This document shows positions 45,620 through 57,818 of a stretch of 64,000 bases of DNA, in pieces. Under the pieces are notes generated by a model. It was not told the DNA's origin. It was given only the letters and a program-made list of their open reading frames with translations, and searched no databases. Position 1 is the first letter of the stretch. The number at the start of each line of letters is the position of its first letter. Source of the DNA: Microthyrium microscopicum (lineage: Eukaryota). The translations under genes and the position numbers were made by a program. Location: the NCBI GenBank assembly GCA_010405405.1, contig MU004246.1, positions 310,001-374,000 of the forward strand, given 5' to 3'.

Positions 45620-48412
45620 ATGGCGCACGACGACTTCATGTGGCTAGATATTCCCATATCTACAATGCTCTTAGCATCATGGGGTTCATATTTCTACTGG
45701 ATATCATCTGCCGCCGATCAACAATGGGACAAGCTACCTTCCCGATTACAATATGGCTACACATTCACAATGGTGGCACTATTTGCACTAACTGCGATAC
45801 TTTCCGCCCTCAAGAAATGTATAATCTTCCTTGCCATTTTGTTTGGCCCTCTTCTCCTCGTTGGCTTTGCCGCAACACGATCGTATCAATATTTCATCTT
45901 TCGTCTCTCATCGAAGCTCGTTTTCAGTTGTCGCAATTTTCGTGGGCCCGATATATCGGGGGTGTGGTGTAGACTTTGCCAGAGGTGTCAAGGGTTGGTG
46001 GATCAATCCCCTCTCTTAGGTGGTACTTCCTTGGGAATTACAAAGTCCAACGAACGCCACTCATTCCATACAAAGAAAGAGCTCGAACGGTCTGCAACGG
46101 ATTGCCACATGTGTATCTTGCTTCTAAAGTCTGTCGAAGAGTTCAATGAATCACCGGAAAAGGAGACAACGTCAACCGAAACCGAACTCACACTTCTCAT
46201 ACAAGACAGGAGACCAATAGGCGCTTATCCAGCATCAAAGTTAGAGCTAGAGCTTCTTGGAGCACCCATCAAGAAGTCAAATCGAATATGCGTTGATGGT
46301 AGGAGTTGGAGTGGAAATAGTAAGTCTATTGAGAGCTTTCCTACAAGATACCTACCTCCTACCTACCTGCCAACCATGTGACAAAATAAATGGCGCGCTC
46401 CCATCAAGTATGATATCTCCCATCGTACCTCTTCAAGAAAAGCTACTCTAAATCCCAACGCATTCGATTGGGAATCGAGTATCATGCACATTGAAAAGAA
46501 GATAATACACATTGGCACAAAACGTAGCAGATGGCAGATATCATACTTGATGGGAGCGAGCTACTTATTTTGTCGCCCGGTTGATAGCATAGCAGTGTTC
46601 CAGATGATCTTGCTAATGCTGACAGCAAGCTCTGACCATGGGTGCTTTACCTCCAAACAAACAGATACTCAAGATATATTCAACTGGGCAGGACATCGTA
46701 TTGGCGAATGTTCTCGAAAACATAGGCGTTGCGACAATGCATTCGTTCCTGAAGCACTCCGGAATTACCTACCTTTGAGACTCTTGGACGTTGGAATTGA
46801 AACAGATGCAACCATCAGCTTGAAACTCGGCTCAGAGCTCAACGAAGGAACCTCTAAAGCATACATTGCTCTCAGCCATTGCTGGGGTGAAGCAGTGAAT
46901 CTGACGCTCACTAAATCTAATCTCGGCTCCATGGCAATCATCAATGAGAGCGATCTGACCAAGAACTTTCAGGACGCGATCAAGATCACACGCGCCCTAA
47001 AATTGAGACATCTATGGATAGACTCCTTGTGCATTGTCCAAGACGATAACACCGAATGGGAGTCACAGTCGGCCAATATGGGCTTGGTATATGCCAATGC
47101 TCAGTGTGTAATATCTGCATCAGCATCAAACGACTCGAATGGCGGTTGTTTCATGCCTAAAGAGCTCTTCCGGAATGATTGCACATTGCGAGAAGCTGCG
47201 TGCCGTTCACTGATTGTCAAGGCCCCTGGAAAGCAATCATTCAAGGAGCAGTTAGAACTGTTTCAGGATAAAGCGGAGAACAATACCATCTCTACAAGAG
47301 CCTGGACATTCCAGGAAAGGTATCTGGCTCGCCGTGTTTTGCACTTTTGTGATGGTGTTGTATTTTTCGAATGCAACGAGCTCATTTCTCGAGATGGCCA
47401 ACGCTATTTTGAGAACAAACATGGAGTTCGAGCTGGAGTTCGCCCGGATGGAACACTGCATCCCCCAGAGGAGCTGGAGGCTATCCAAGATGTAGTGGAG
47501 TCGCAAGTACCAGCAACAGCCAAAAAGCGCCGCTTATTTAGAAAGCCTTTCAACTCAGCCAACGAAGCTGAACAGCAAGCTCAGGAAAGGGCACAAATGG
47601 AGCTCAGGAGAAAATTAGCGAGTGCGTCCGCACGAAGTGGTATGCGTGGTGCCTTTGAGCTATTATGGCGATTCAAAGGAGCGCAATTAGCAGAGTATAT
47701 CGAGTTTCACCAAGGTTGGTATGAAATGGTAGAGCCATACTCGACTCGCAATCTTACGAGGGGTTCCGACAAGCTCAAGGCATTGAGTGGAGTAGCCCAT
47801 CTCATTCAGCAAAATACCAAGTTCAAATATGTCGCTGGCTTGTGGCAAGAAATGCTGGCCTGCAACCTTTTGTGGGTTGTTTCTGGCTCTGTTCAAGAAC
47901 GGCCAACACGGAACATTCCCAGCTGGTCCTGGGGATCTGTAGATAGCCAAGTTTCACATCGGCTTCAAGTGGTTGATTCTCACCAAATCTCCGATGAAGG
48001 AGACTCGACACTGCGATCTGAAAGGTTCCAAAGCGCCTGGGAAAAGATTATGCCTCTCATTTCGGGGGAGAAAGTCGACATAATAGAGCAGAACAATGAT
48101 CTTGTCCTCAATGCCACCATCTCATTCAATGCTACTCTTCACGACTCTACATTACATTACGTCAATTTCATACCAGACGTTGTTCTACCTTCCTCGCCTG
48201 GAACACTGTTCCATTTACCTATATTGGCTTTCAAAAATACCAGAGTTCACCCGGTTGGGAGCGATATGCAAGTTCATGGACTTGTTGTACGGGCAAAAGA
48301 AAGTGCTGAACAAGTGTATGCAAGAGTCGGTTACTTTTGGACCACAGACAATGATATAGTGGCACAAATGCTGTCGCCACAAGGTCTGACGGGTTTAATC
48401 ACTCTGGTGTAG
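45620..48412 (+). CDS. HET-domain protein with N-terminal transmembrane segments
   Basis: Exons 45620-46319 and 46626-48412 (intron GTAAGT 46320...GCTGACAG 46625, in phase). HET motifs LPLRLLDV, YIALSHCWG, FQDAIKITRALKLRHLWIDSLCIVQDD, MGLVYANA, TRAWTFQERYLARRVLHF, YSTRNLT..SDKLKALSG, YVAGLW, PSWSWGS. Upstream CQRC and CHMC motifs. Confidence 0.9.
46371..46583 (-). mobile_element. MITE-like element, copy 3 (213 bp), inside the HET gene intron
   Basis: CAACCATGTGACAAAATAAATGGCGCGCTCCCATC...GATGGGAGCGAGCTACTTATTTTGTCGCCCGGTTG; no clear TSD. Confidence 0.85.
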
Positions 48413-48497
48413 AGTAGCTCGAAATATTCGGTAGATACATTAAATATTGCATTCAATGCTCTTCAGAGAATACCTCAAGGACCTACATTACACTTAG

Positions 48498-48713
48498 CAA
48501 CTGATAGACAAAATAACTGGCGTTCTCCCATCAACGTCGATGGCTCCTATAACCGCTATTACTTAGAAGGTGTTATATTTTCCCATCGCAGTTAATAAAA
48601 TGACCGTATCTTAACGCGCTTAACAGCAACTAAAGCACTCGATAGTAGTAGATCGTCTTGTATGGGAGCTATCACACTCGCTGGGAGCGCGCCACTTATT
48701 TGTCGACCCCTTG
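48498..48713 (-). mobile_element. MITE-like element, copy 4 (216 bp)
   Basis: Reverse-orientation relative of copy 1 (ends GTCGACCCCTTG); 6-bp TSD ACTTAG (48492-48497 / 48714-48719). Confidence 0.9.
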
Positions 48714-49102
48714 ACTTAGAAGGCTAGAACGACACTATCGACAGCAGCTATCGCTTAAAGTTTTCAATTTTGGTGACTATTCCCAGCGTGTTGGTAATGA
48801 GCCTCTACGTATCTTTCCACTCTATATAGCCCAGCAGCTATATCAACCTACTTTCGAGATTTGTTTGCGATCAAGTCGAGATTGATAATCGCAGGAGCGA
48901 GCCTCAAAACGCGGCCCGATCCGCCTGTGGTACCACGCTAGACCATACTAGGATCAGCCTTTTTACAACACCACGTACATCGCGACTCCTGATAAGCAGA
49001 TCATCCAGCTTCAGCTGTCATCCACAATACTTCCATTCTGCCACACGTCGCTTCTCACACCAGAGCACCCAGTTTATCTACTAGTGTCACGCAAAGTCCG
49101 TT

Positions 49103-49729
49103 ATGGCGGCCTCCACCCAAACCTCCTATCCTGATACCCACACGGCCTTTTTCTACGGCACACTCATGGCTCGCAGTGTCCTTCATCGGGTGATATTCGG
49201 TCCTTCCGCCTCTGATCCCAATAGCACCACCCTTCATAATCTCTCCTTTGCGCCCGCCATACTGCCAAATTACCAGCGACACAAAGTCATCGGTGCAGAT
49301 TATCCCGCAATCCTCGAAGCTCAGCAAAGCACAGTCCGCGGCACGCTTGTACGGGGCTTGACACAAGGAGATATCTGGCGTCTTGATCTTTTTGAAGGCG
49401 ACGAGTATGAGCGACGCAAAGTGTCTGTACGCGAACTCAAGCCTTCGCACAAGACTGATCTACCATCGCTGGATGGGGATGAAGTACTCGGAGAGGTAGA
49501 GGCGGAAACATATGTGTGGATCATGGGGGAAAATACCCTGGAATCAAGGGAATGGGACTTTGATGAGTTTGTAAGAGAGAAGATGTGGCGCTGGGTCGAT
49601 GGTGAGCCCCATGCTGAGGAAATGTTTGGCGAGCTGGATGAGGCTGTTAAACAGGCGGATCCTACTCGAGGCCGAGGCATGAATGGAGATATCACAAAAG
49701 CTTTACAAGATGCGAAGAGTGCCTCATGA
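49103..49729 (+). CDS. AIG2-like / gamma-glutamylcyclotransferase-like protein
   Basis: AFFYGTLM, YQRHKVIGADYPAI, VRGTLVRGLT..DIWRLDLFEGDEYERRKV, AETYVW, EWDFDEFVREKM. Confidence 0.9.
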   Translation: MAASTQTSYPDTHTAFFYGTLMARSVLHRVIFGPSASDPNSTTLHNLSFAPAILPNYQRHKVIGADYPAILEAQQSTVRGTLVRGLTQGDIWRLDLFEGDEYERRKVSVRELKPSHKTDLPSLDGDEVLGEVEAETYVWIMGENTLESREWDFDEFVREKMWRWVDGEPHAEEMFGELDEAVKQADPTRGRGMNGDITKALQDAKSAS

Positions 49730-49775
49730 TGGATTTGCTGTACTCTTTGTCTTCTTCCCCAGCTTGCCCAGCTAT

Positions 49776-52082
49776 CTAGGTACCTACCAGGTACCCATCC
49801 TCTTTTATCAACTCCTCCAACCACCCGGGCACACCAGGAACTTTCTCCCATCCAGCCCTCCACTGCTCGTTCCATCCATCCACGCAACTCGGCAGCGCAA
49901 ACACCGCCGTCACCAACCAATGCACTCCTGCGTCTAGGTCAAGATGTATTACCGGCAATTGCGTCCGCTGCTCCACTAAGTTCGAGTTGGCATCTGCTAG
50001 GAGAGCTTCAAATTTCCTCTCGGGCGAAAGCAAATCCACAATCCCAACGACTCCCGAGCGTGAAGCAATACCACCGCCTCCTGTCTGCTTATTCTGGAAC
50101 CATCCCTCCGTTTCTGTTCCACCTATTGTTCCGTACCCGTCTACTACCCCCTTTCCATCCTTGCCATCCGTGTCTTCACCGGCCATCCACGAAAGCGGTC
50201 GTCCATCTACAGTATTGCAGCAATGCACCGCCCACGCACCCTCTGCGCTCTTGAGCCAGCGACCGGTTGTGATTTTATGCGCCCGTATATGCCAATTCGG
50301 CGTCTCTACTGCGGGAGGTATGAGGTATGTCTTCACGGTGACATCCTTCCATGGCTTCATGCTGGAAACTAGCACTGGCTCGGAATCCCGTGTCTCAATA
50401 TCCGAGTCTCCATCAAGCGCTCTCCGCATTTTCCATAGCTCGCCGTCTTCGCTATCACACAGCGCAAGCGAAGATTCCGGTACAAGTTGTTCGAGAGTAT
50501 ACGTGCCCGTGCTCACTGAATATGCGAACGCTGAGGAATACGCAAATTTGCCATATTTGGCGTGGCTCGCTTTGATAGGATAGTGGCATGCTTGTCCACT
50601 GCTCAGAAGGAAGGTATGGCCACCGCTATTGACCATGATATGGCGTGGATGCGGTAATGCTTTGATCACCCGAGTATTTGCATATGGATGCGGCTCTTCC
50701 TCAGCAGCCCAGAAGGGATGGGACGCGGGTACGGCAAGGTTGGCGAAAGACAGCATGCACCAGTATGGACTTTGCGGGGAGTTGTAGTTCTCCGCAAGAT
50801 ACATGTTCGGATAGCTATATCCAATGTTGAGCATACCATTCGGCTGAAAGATTTCCGTCTGTTTGCTCCACCACCTCAAATTACGCAGCCAGATGCCCTT
50901 GACGACGCCCCAGGTGAGCGGCGCGGGTAAGTCGACGTTTGCGTATGCGAGGGCAGCCCAGAACCCGATCATGGCCCAACGATACGTGAGCGAGCGACCG
51001 AAAGTGATGGCGCGGCCGTCAGGCGCAAAATAGTGCACAAAGTCTTGCGCATAGAGGCGACCACGCTCCTTGAACTCTTCCGAGTAGTGTTTATCGGTGT
51101 CCTTTTGGAGCTCGGCGTAGAGCAGCTGCAGGTATTGGATGGCGAAGGAGCCAGAGTAGTAGTCCATCTGGCGGTAGTGAGCGGGCCCATCGTTGGACCA
51201 TCCGTCGCCGCGGTAGAATGTCATGAGCTGTTTCATATCGAGGTCGATTTGCTTCTGGTTGAATCTAGCACCACATTTCGCCAGTCCGAGATTTGCAAAG
51301 ACGCGGAACCACAGCCTTGTATGTCAACATCAGCACTACATTCTTTTTCCCATGATGAGGCAACCAGTGGACAGAATAACTGGCGTGCCCCAATCAACTC
51401 CAATGGCTCCTACCGACGCTTCTAAATAGCAAATACTATAATTCCCATCACAGTCGATCGATAGTGGTGGAATAAACGTATTCCTTGGGAAATAAAGCAT
51501 TCGTTATCAAAGCGTCGCAGATAGGAGCCATAGAAGTCGATGGGTGCGCGCCAGTTATTTTGTCCTTCCGTTGATGAGGTTATATACGCACCAATTGGTA
51601 TTCGGCATATTCTTCCCATTCATACTATCAAAGTAATTTGCAATATTTTCCCTCTGCCTCTCCGTCAACGGCTCCCAAAAATGCTTTCCCGCGACTGCCA
51701 ACGTGAACCCAATCGGACACGCCTCCACCATTCGCTGGTCCGTATCTTCCATATATCCCCAGAACTCTGGTCCTTCCGGATCTGTGCCTGCAATCAGGCC
51801 TTTGACCCAGAGCTCCGTCTTGCCATACTCATCGCCGCCAGCCAACAGCGGCGCAAGTCCCCACAACGGCCTCGCATATCCTTCTCCCTGTGCCGCTGTC
51901 TCGTCAAATCGTGTACCCGTACTTCCAGTCTTGATCAATGAATGTTCCGGACTAAAGCCTTGAGACAATGCATCGAGCAGCGAAGAAACTGCATCCACTA
52001 CATCCTGTCTAGTCTTCAACGGATTCTTCGAGAACGGCTGAAGTGGAAAAGAGCGGTTTGCGTCCGAGACTTTGACCGACAT
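49776..52082 (-). CDS. DUF2264-family protein (putative carbohydrate-active enzyme)
   Basis: Exons 52082-51592 and 51315-49776. [14 protein letters not shown]...EFWG, DQRMVE, spliced [61 protein letters not shown]. Confidence 0.88.
51361..51573 (-). mobile_element. MITE-like element, copy 5 (213 bp), inside the DUF2264 intron
   Basis: CAACCAGTGGACAGAATAACTGGCG...CGCCAGTTATTTTGTCCTTCCGTTG; 6-bp TSD ATGAGG (51355-51360 / 51574-51579). Confidence 0.9.
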
Positions 52083-52546
52083 ATTCCTGGATTTTTGAAG
52101 GTTTTCCAGGGAAAGGTGATGTTGGCTTGGCTTTTCTGGTGCAGTAATTGGACAGTGTCAGGCGATGAGGGCCAGCTTATAATAATGTTTGGGGTTAGAC
52201 CGGTAAGATCTTCCGATATTAATGAAATTCCATATTAACACTTACCCACTGACCCGTATAGACAGCATACATCGCAGGACGTCTGAGATTGCACCAGTAT
52301 TTTAAGAATTTGCCGTCTTGGAAGGGTACGCAACCTCACTTTGGTTCGTGTAACTACCTTACCTACCTACCTAGTATCTTGCAGACCCGGTGCTCTGGTT
52401 GTTTTTACCAAGTTTTGCCTTTGTAAAACTCTGCATCGATGTCAAGATAGCAGGACGCAGCTGCAATAGCTCGCAACTGAATTAGTCAATTGACCTTGGA
52501 CCGTATGTAACCAGGACTGGACAACAATCTTGAACATCGATTCATC

Positions 52547-54442
52547 ATGGCGACAACCATGGCCGATGGCCGACGGCCTGGAGCTGGCGCTCGCTTCTTA
52601 TACAAAGTCGTCAAGAATGATGCCATGAAAGAAGACCCCCCAGAAATCTACGGATGGCGCGTATTTGTTCTAGCGGGCTCAGCGTGTTTCGGAGGTATGC
52701 TTTTCGGGATGGATATAGGAACGATAGGTGGTGTTCTCACACTACCCGCATTCATGGCGTAAGTATCCAGCGTCACTACTTACTGTCCCTGTTGATGGAC
52801 TCACTGATATTGTCTAGAAAATACGGTCTCAATGGTCTCAACAAAGTCCAGCTAGCAGACTTAACCGCCAATATCACATCGGTTCTCCAAGCAGGATGCT
52901 TCATAGGCTGCTTCATCGCATCATGGGTTGCCGACAAATGGGGTCGTCGGACTGCGCTTGTTATGAATGGACTCATCACGACAATAGGTTGCATTTTTCA
53001 GGCGGCGGGAAATGGTAATCTTGCAGTGATGTATATTGGCCGATTCGTCGCTGGCGTTGGAGTCGGCGGCGCATCAACAGTAACGCCTTTATTTGTGTCC
53101 GAGAATGCTCCTCGTGCTATAAGAGGAGGTCTGACTGGTCTATATCAGCTTTTCGTGAGTTGAGAGCTTCGCTGTCGCTGTGGTTATTTGGCTAACGCGA
53201 TTGATAGATTGCGACCGGTGTCATGTTGGCATTCGTAAGTATTTCCAGCCTATTGGGCTGTTCGTTTGCTGACTACCTGCCTAGTGGATCAACTACGGAA
53301 GCTTACTGAACTTATCCGGCGATTCCACATACAGTGAGTGCCACCATGTCCTCCCCCAAACCATCGCCATCCTAACAACATCCAGTCGTCCCCCTAGCTC
53401 TCCAAGCCCTCCCAGCAGTTCTTCTCGTAGTCAGCATGCTTCTAACCAACGAATCCCCCCGCTTCCTAGCCAAAGCCGGCAAATGGCCCGCCGCAACCTC
53501 CGCCCTCTGTCGCGTACGCAATCTCAAACCAGACCATCCCTACATCCAATCCGAAATCAACGACATGGCAACGCAACTCAAGCACGAGCAAGAACTCACC
53601 AGCGGCTCCGGCACAAAAGACCTCCTCAAAGAAATGTGGCAAATCCCCGGAAACCGCAAACGCACCAGTTTGAGTATCCTCCTCATGATCTGCCAGCAAA
53701 TGACAGGCACCAACGCAATAAACTACTACGCGCCCCAAATCTTCAAAAACCTCGGCCTCAAGGGCGCAAAAGTATCGCTCTTCGCAACAGGAATCTACGG
53801 TGTTGTCAAAATGGTTACGTGCGCTACATTTCTGCTCTTTGTAGCGGATTCTCTTGGCCGACGCAAGTCATTGTTGTGGACGAGTATTGCGCAAGCACTC
53901 GCCATGTTCTACATTGGCTTATACGTCCGCATCGATCCGCCGGTGGAAGGCAAGGCTGTACCTCCAGCGGGATATTTTGCGCTCGTGTGTATATTCCTCT
54001 TTGCGGGATTCTTTCAGTTTGGCTGGGGGCCGGTGCCGTGGATTTATGTTAGTGAGATTCCGGCGGCGAGGTTGAGGGGGTTGAATGTGGCGATTGCGAG
54101 TGCGACGCAGTGGTTGTTTAATTTTGTGGTTGCGAGGGCTACGCCGAATATGTTGGCTACTGTGGGTGCGAATGGGTACGGGTAAGTTTTTATTTCAGCA
54201 TGCGAAAAAGGGGAAAGGGATGTGCATAGACTGACATTGACAGGGCATTCCTCATATACGGATCATTTTGCTTCAGTTTCTTTTTCGTGGCTTGGTTTTT
54301 TGTGCCGGAGACGAAGGGATTGTCGTTGGAGCAGATGGATGAGTTGTTTGGTGTTGCGGAGCGGGTGGTGGAACCACGGGCATCGACCGAGTCTCAGGTA
54401 GTATCAAATCCGGATACCAAAGGTGATCTAAAGAAGTTGTAA
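52547..54442 (+). CDS. MFS sugar porter family transporter (quinate permease-like)
   Basis: Five introns (52759-52817, 53155-53207, 53235-53284, 53334-53385, 54182-54243). Motifs [80 protein letters not shown]. Confidence 0.93.
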
Positions 54443-54750
54443 GATATAGCTGTCTGCAGGATTTGTTAGGTTGTACCGTATATCTCATAGCAGGAAGTTT
54501 GGCGTTGTGTATGATGTGTCTGGAGTATGTAATATATTGCTTCCTTCCATAGCTGTACAATACCACCAGGCAGTCAGATATGTACTTCCAACAAAAGGAA
54601 TGTGTCGTTTCGAGGCGATGCAAGGTTTTGTATCAAGTCTAATGTTCCAGGATCAAACCGTTCACAGATAAAAGTCCAGTTATGTGCAGGTATCATCATT
54701 GCTATTCGTGTACTACTAGGTACTCATACATATATAATCGTCACATACCC

Positions 54751-56511
54751 TCAAGCCTTGATGCCATTGCCACTCAGCACAGCCTGATGGCTACCCTTAG
54801 TCGGTCCACCATTGTTACCGACACTCGTGAGATCCGCTTCATTGGCAGTTCTCTTGCTGGAGTCCTTGGCCATACCATTGTGTGTGCCGTTAAATGACAA
54901 ACCAGAGATACCATCGTATCCCTTAACGCCAGTGGCCTTCTCCATTCGACTGGCCAAATCTTCGCTGACCTCCCGGAAGATGGACATCATGCGCTTGAGA
55001 ATATCTTCCTTATTGTGCATGATGTTGGCCATGTGACCAGAGGCGTTCTCGACCCATCGCTCACGAGCATCTTCAGTGAAAACCTTCTCCCAGAGCGCTC
55101 GGGGAGCGTTGAAGTCTTCCTTGCGGATCTCGGAAAGGAATGTAACGGCTTTGCCGACGAAGTGGCCGTGAGTCTTGTTTAGGTCGACAGATCGTGGTTG
55201 GAATTTGATTGGATCCACGGAAGATAGATAGTTTGGTCGTTCACCTTGGCTGTAGAAAGCCATTGGTCCATCACGTTGGAAGTTGGCCATTCTATATGGC
55301 ACACGAGGTTGGTTGACAGGTAATTGCTGATAGTTAGCTCCAATACGATGACGGTGGGTGTCTGCGTAAGAGAAGAGACGAGATTGCAGAACGGGATCGG
55401 CAGAAGGCTCAATGCCAGGAACCAAATGCGATGGACTGAAAGCAATTTGCTCAATCTCGGCAAAGTAATTCTTGACGTTCTCGTTGAGGAAGAACTCTCC
55501 GACCTTGCGGAGTGGGAATTGACCTTGTGGCCAGACGTGTGTGAGATCGAAGACGTTAATGCCTTGCTTCTCCCATACTTCTTCGGCTTGCTCGGGACTC
55601 ATGGTTTGGACTGAAAGATCCCAGCCGGGATATTCGCCCTTCTCGATTGCGTAGAAGAGATCCTTTTGGGAATAGTCTGGGCCTTTGGTTGTGGACTCCT
55701 CTTGAGTCAAGAACTTGGTTCCTTGCTTTGACTTCATGTGAATTTGTGCGTAGACCCACTTTCCTTCTTTGTTAATGAGTTTCATGGTGTGGCCAGAATA
55801 GCCATGCATGAATCGATAACCATCTGGAATACCACGATCACCCATGAGGATCAAAACTTGATGAATGGACTCGGGGTTCTGAGCGAAATAGTCCCAGAAA
55901 AAGGTTGAATCGTCGGCGTGAGTCAAATTGGTATTTGGGACTCGCTTTTGAGTGTGGATGAAGTGAGGGAACTTGGCTGGATCTCTAAGGAAGAAGACCG
56001 GAGTGTTGTTTGCCACATGGTCCCAATTGCCTTCTTCAGTTCGGAACTTGACTGAAAAGCCACGAGGGTCTCGGGCACAGTCGTGTGATCCCTTTTCACC
56101 TCCGACAGTAGAGAAGCGAACAGTGATAGGACATTCCTTGCCCTCTTTGAACATGTCTGCGATAGAAAGATCCTCAAGAGTGTTTGTAGTTCGGTAGAAG
56201 CCATGGGCTCCGCTGCCCTTAGCGTGGACTACACGCTCTGGAATTCTCTCACGATCGAAATGAGAAAGAAGGTCGATCAAATGAAAGTCTTGAAGCAGCA
56301 ACGGACCATTGTCACCGGCACGCTGGCTTTCGTATGGGTGTGGGTATGGGGCACCATTGCTGGTGGTGTAAGTGGATTCTGTTGACGTATGGTTCTTGTC
56401 ATCAGTGTAGCTGCGAACAGCATCACCATTGTTCTGGTTTTCAATAGAAGGAGACATGGCGGATTGAGCAACGGATTGGGTGAATTGAGAGATTGATTGA
56501 AGAGTATTCAT
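54751..56511 (-). CDS. Monofunctional heme catalase (small-subunit type)
   Basis: FDRERIPERVVHAKGSG (distal His), RFSTVGG, RDPRGF, RLFSYADTHRHR (proximal Tyr). Intronless; ATG 56511 or 56457. Confidence 0.95.
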   Translation of the reverse strand: MNTLQSISQFTQSVAQSAMSPSIENQNNGDAVRSYTDDKNHTSTESTYTTSNGAPYPHPYESQRAGDNGPLLLQDFHLIDLLSHFDRERIPERVVHAKGSGAHGFYRTTNTLEDLSIADMFKEGKECPITVRFSTVGGEKGSHDCARDPRGFSVKFRTEEGNWDHVANNTPVFFLRDPAKFPHFIHTQKRVPNTNLTHADDSTFFWDYFAQNPESIHQVLILMGDRGIPDGYRFMHGYSGHTMKLINKEGKWVYAQIHMKSKQGTKFLTQEESTTKGPDYSQKDLFYAIEKGEYPGWDLSVQTMSPEQAEEVWEKQGINVFDLTHVWPQGQFPLRKVGEFFLNENVKNYFAEIEQIAFSPSHLVPGIEPSADPVLQSRLFSYADTHRHRIGANYQQLPVNQPRVPYRMANFQRDGPMAFYSQGERPNYLSSVDPIKFQPRSVDLNKTHGHFVGKAVTFLSEIRKEDFNAPRALWEKVFTEDARERWVENASGHMANIMHNKEDILKRMMSIFREVSEDLASRMEKATGVKGYDGISGLSFNGTHNGMAKDSSKRTANEADLTSVGNNGGPTKGSHQAVLSGNGIKA

Positions 56512-57084
56512 TCGGAAGACCAAACTGTCAGGAATGAGAAGTGTAGATAAATGTAGAGAAGTGGAGGGAGGCAAATGCAAGAGGATTTATTCCGCGAAAC
56601 AATCCCCTGGAGTGACGTCTACATGTCCGAACTCCCCACCTTGCCATCCACACGCATCTGAATTACACGGAAAGATCGAGCTTGTAACAATGCCATGCCC
56701 TTACTACTCGCGCGACGCGAAGATATGCATGACGTCTATGAAATACTTTTCAAACCCCGAGCCTTTTTCTATCCAGTTAGAGGTCGTTAATTGCTAAGCT
56801 AGATAGCTACCCCTGTTCATATGCAAGTGGTATTGTAAATGACACCATTATCATTGGATAGTTCTGTGACAAATTGCTTATAAGCTTAACAATTGCGGCA
56901 GCAGAGCCTTGCATCATGTCAGGGATCTTAGATGCGGATACTGCCGGGAATAGCTCAGTCAACATTTCTCAGCCTTGTCTCAGCCTTGTCATGATTACTG
57001 TTTTCAACTAATAGCCATCACTTGGGATCATAAGAAATAAATGTTAGGTGTTCCGGTAAATAATCAACATGGAACTGTACGCTG

Positions 57085-57182
57085 TCGCTGTACAGAATAA
57101 GCGGTATGCTCCCATCCACTACGATGTCTACCATCCACCACGCTCTATTATCGAGTGCTTTGTTTGCCAGCGACCACGTTTA
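57085..57182 (+). mobile_element. MITE-like element, degenerate left-half fragment (copy 6)
   Basis: ACAGAATAAGCGGTATGCTCCCATC...CTCTATTATCGAGTGCTTTGTTTGCC matches the left arm and internal motif of copies 1, 2 and 7. Confidence 0.6.
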
Positions 57183-57314
57183 ACCTTGGCTACCTCAGTA
57201 CTTATCAAATTCCATGTGCTAGGCGAGTGCAATAATTCTGACCATTTGTTCTAATGTTGACATTCAGACATGTATAATATTAACATGAACCATAACAGTG
57301 AAGCATATACATCC

Positions 57315-57527
57315 CGCTGGCATAACAAAATAAATGGCGTACTCCCATCAATTCTAATAGCGCCTAAACGCTACGCTCTATTATTAAGTGCTTTATTTAT
57401 TATAATAGTTGCTTAGATTAGTAGCCTTTATCAGATACGATGGGAATTAAAGCAACTTTTAGTTAGCAAAGCTAGTAGTAGCCATCAGCGTTGATGGGAA
57501 TACGCCATTTATTCTGCCATGCCTTTG
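57315..57527 (+). mobile_element. MITE-like element, copy 7 (213 bp)
   Basis: GGCATAACAAAATAAATGGCGTACTCCCATCAA...TTGATGGGAATACGCCATTTATTCTGCCATGCC; closest to copy 2; TSD degenerate. Confidence 0.88.
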
Positions 57528-57818
57528 CCACCCGCCAGTCTGTCATGGGTTGCTTGGTAAAGAACCCTTAATACCCAGCTGGAACCAGATCAATTCCCAG
57601 AATCCCCCTACTTAGACTAATACTTGGCTCTCCAGCCTCTTAGCTTGAGCCTTAGGACATCTCTAAGTGGTGCAGAATCTGAAAGTCGACCACAGATTGG
57701 CAATGAAAGTATTTCCCCACCACTACGGATGCGACGTTCTTAAAAAGCCTACGCACCGCAATGTCGAGAGATTTTACCTCACACTACAGCGCCAAATCAG
57801 ATCACAGCCAATTCCAAG

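Noticed and set aside
46484..46625. N-terminus of the 642-aa ORF (MHIEKKII...)
   Set aside because: It derives from MITE/intron sequence; the real exon begins at 46626.
56512..56580. Catalase N-terminal extension in the ORF track
   Set aside because: It starts at TTG; the first ATG is at 56511.
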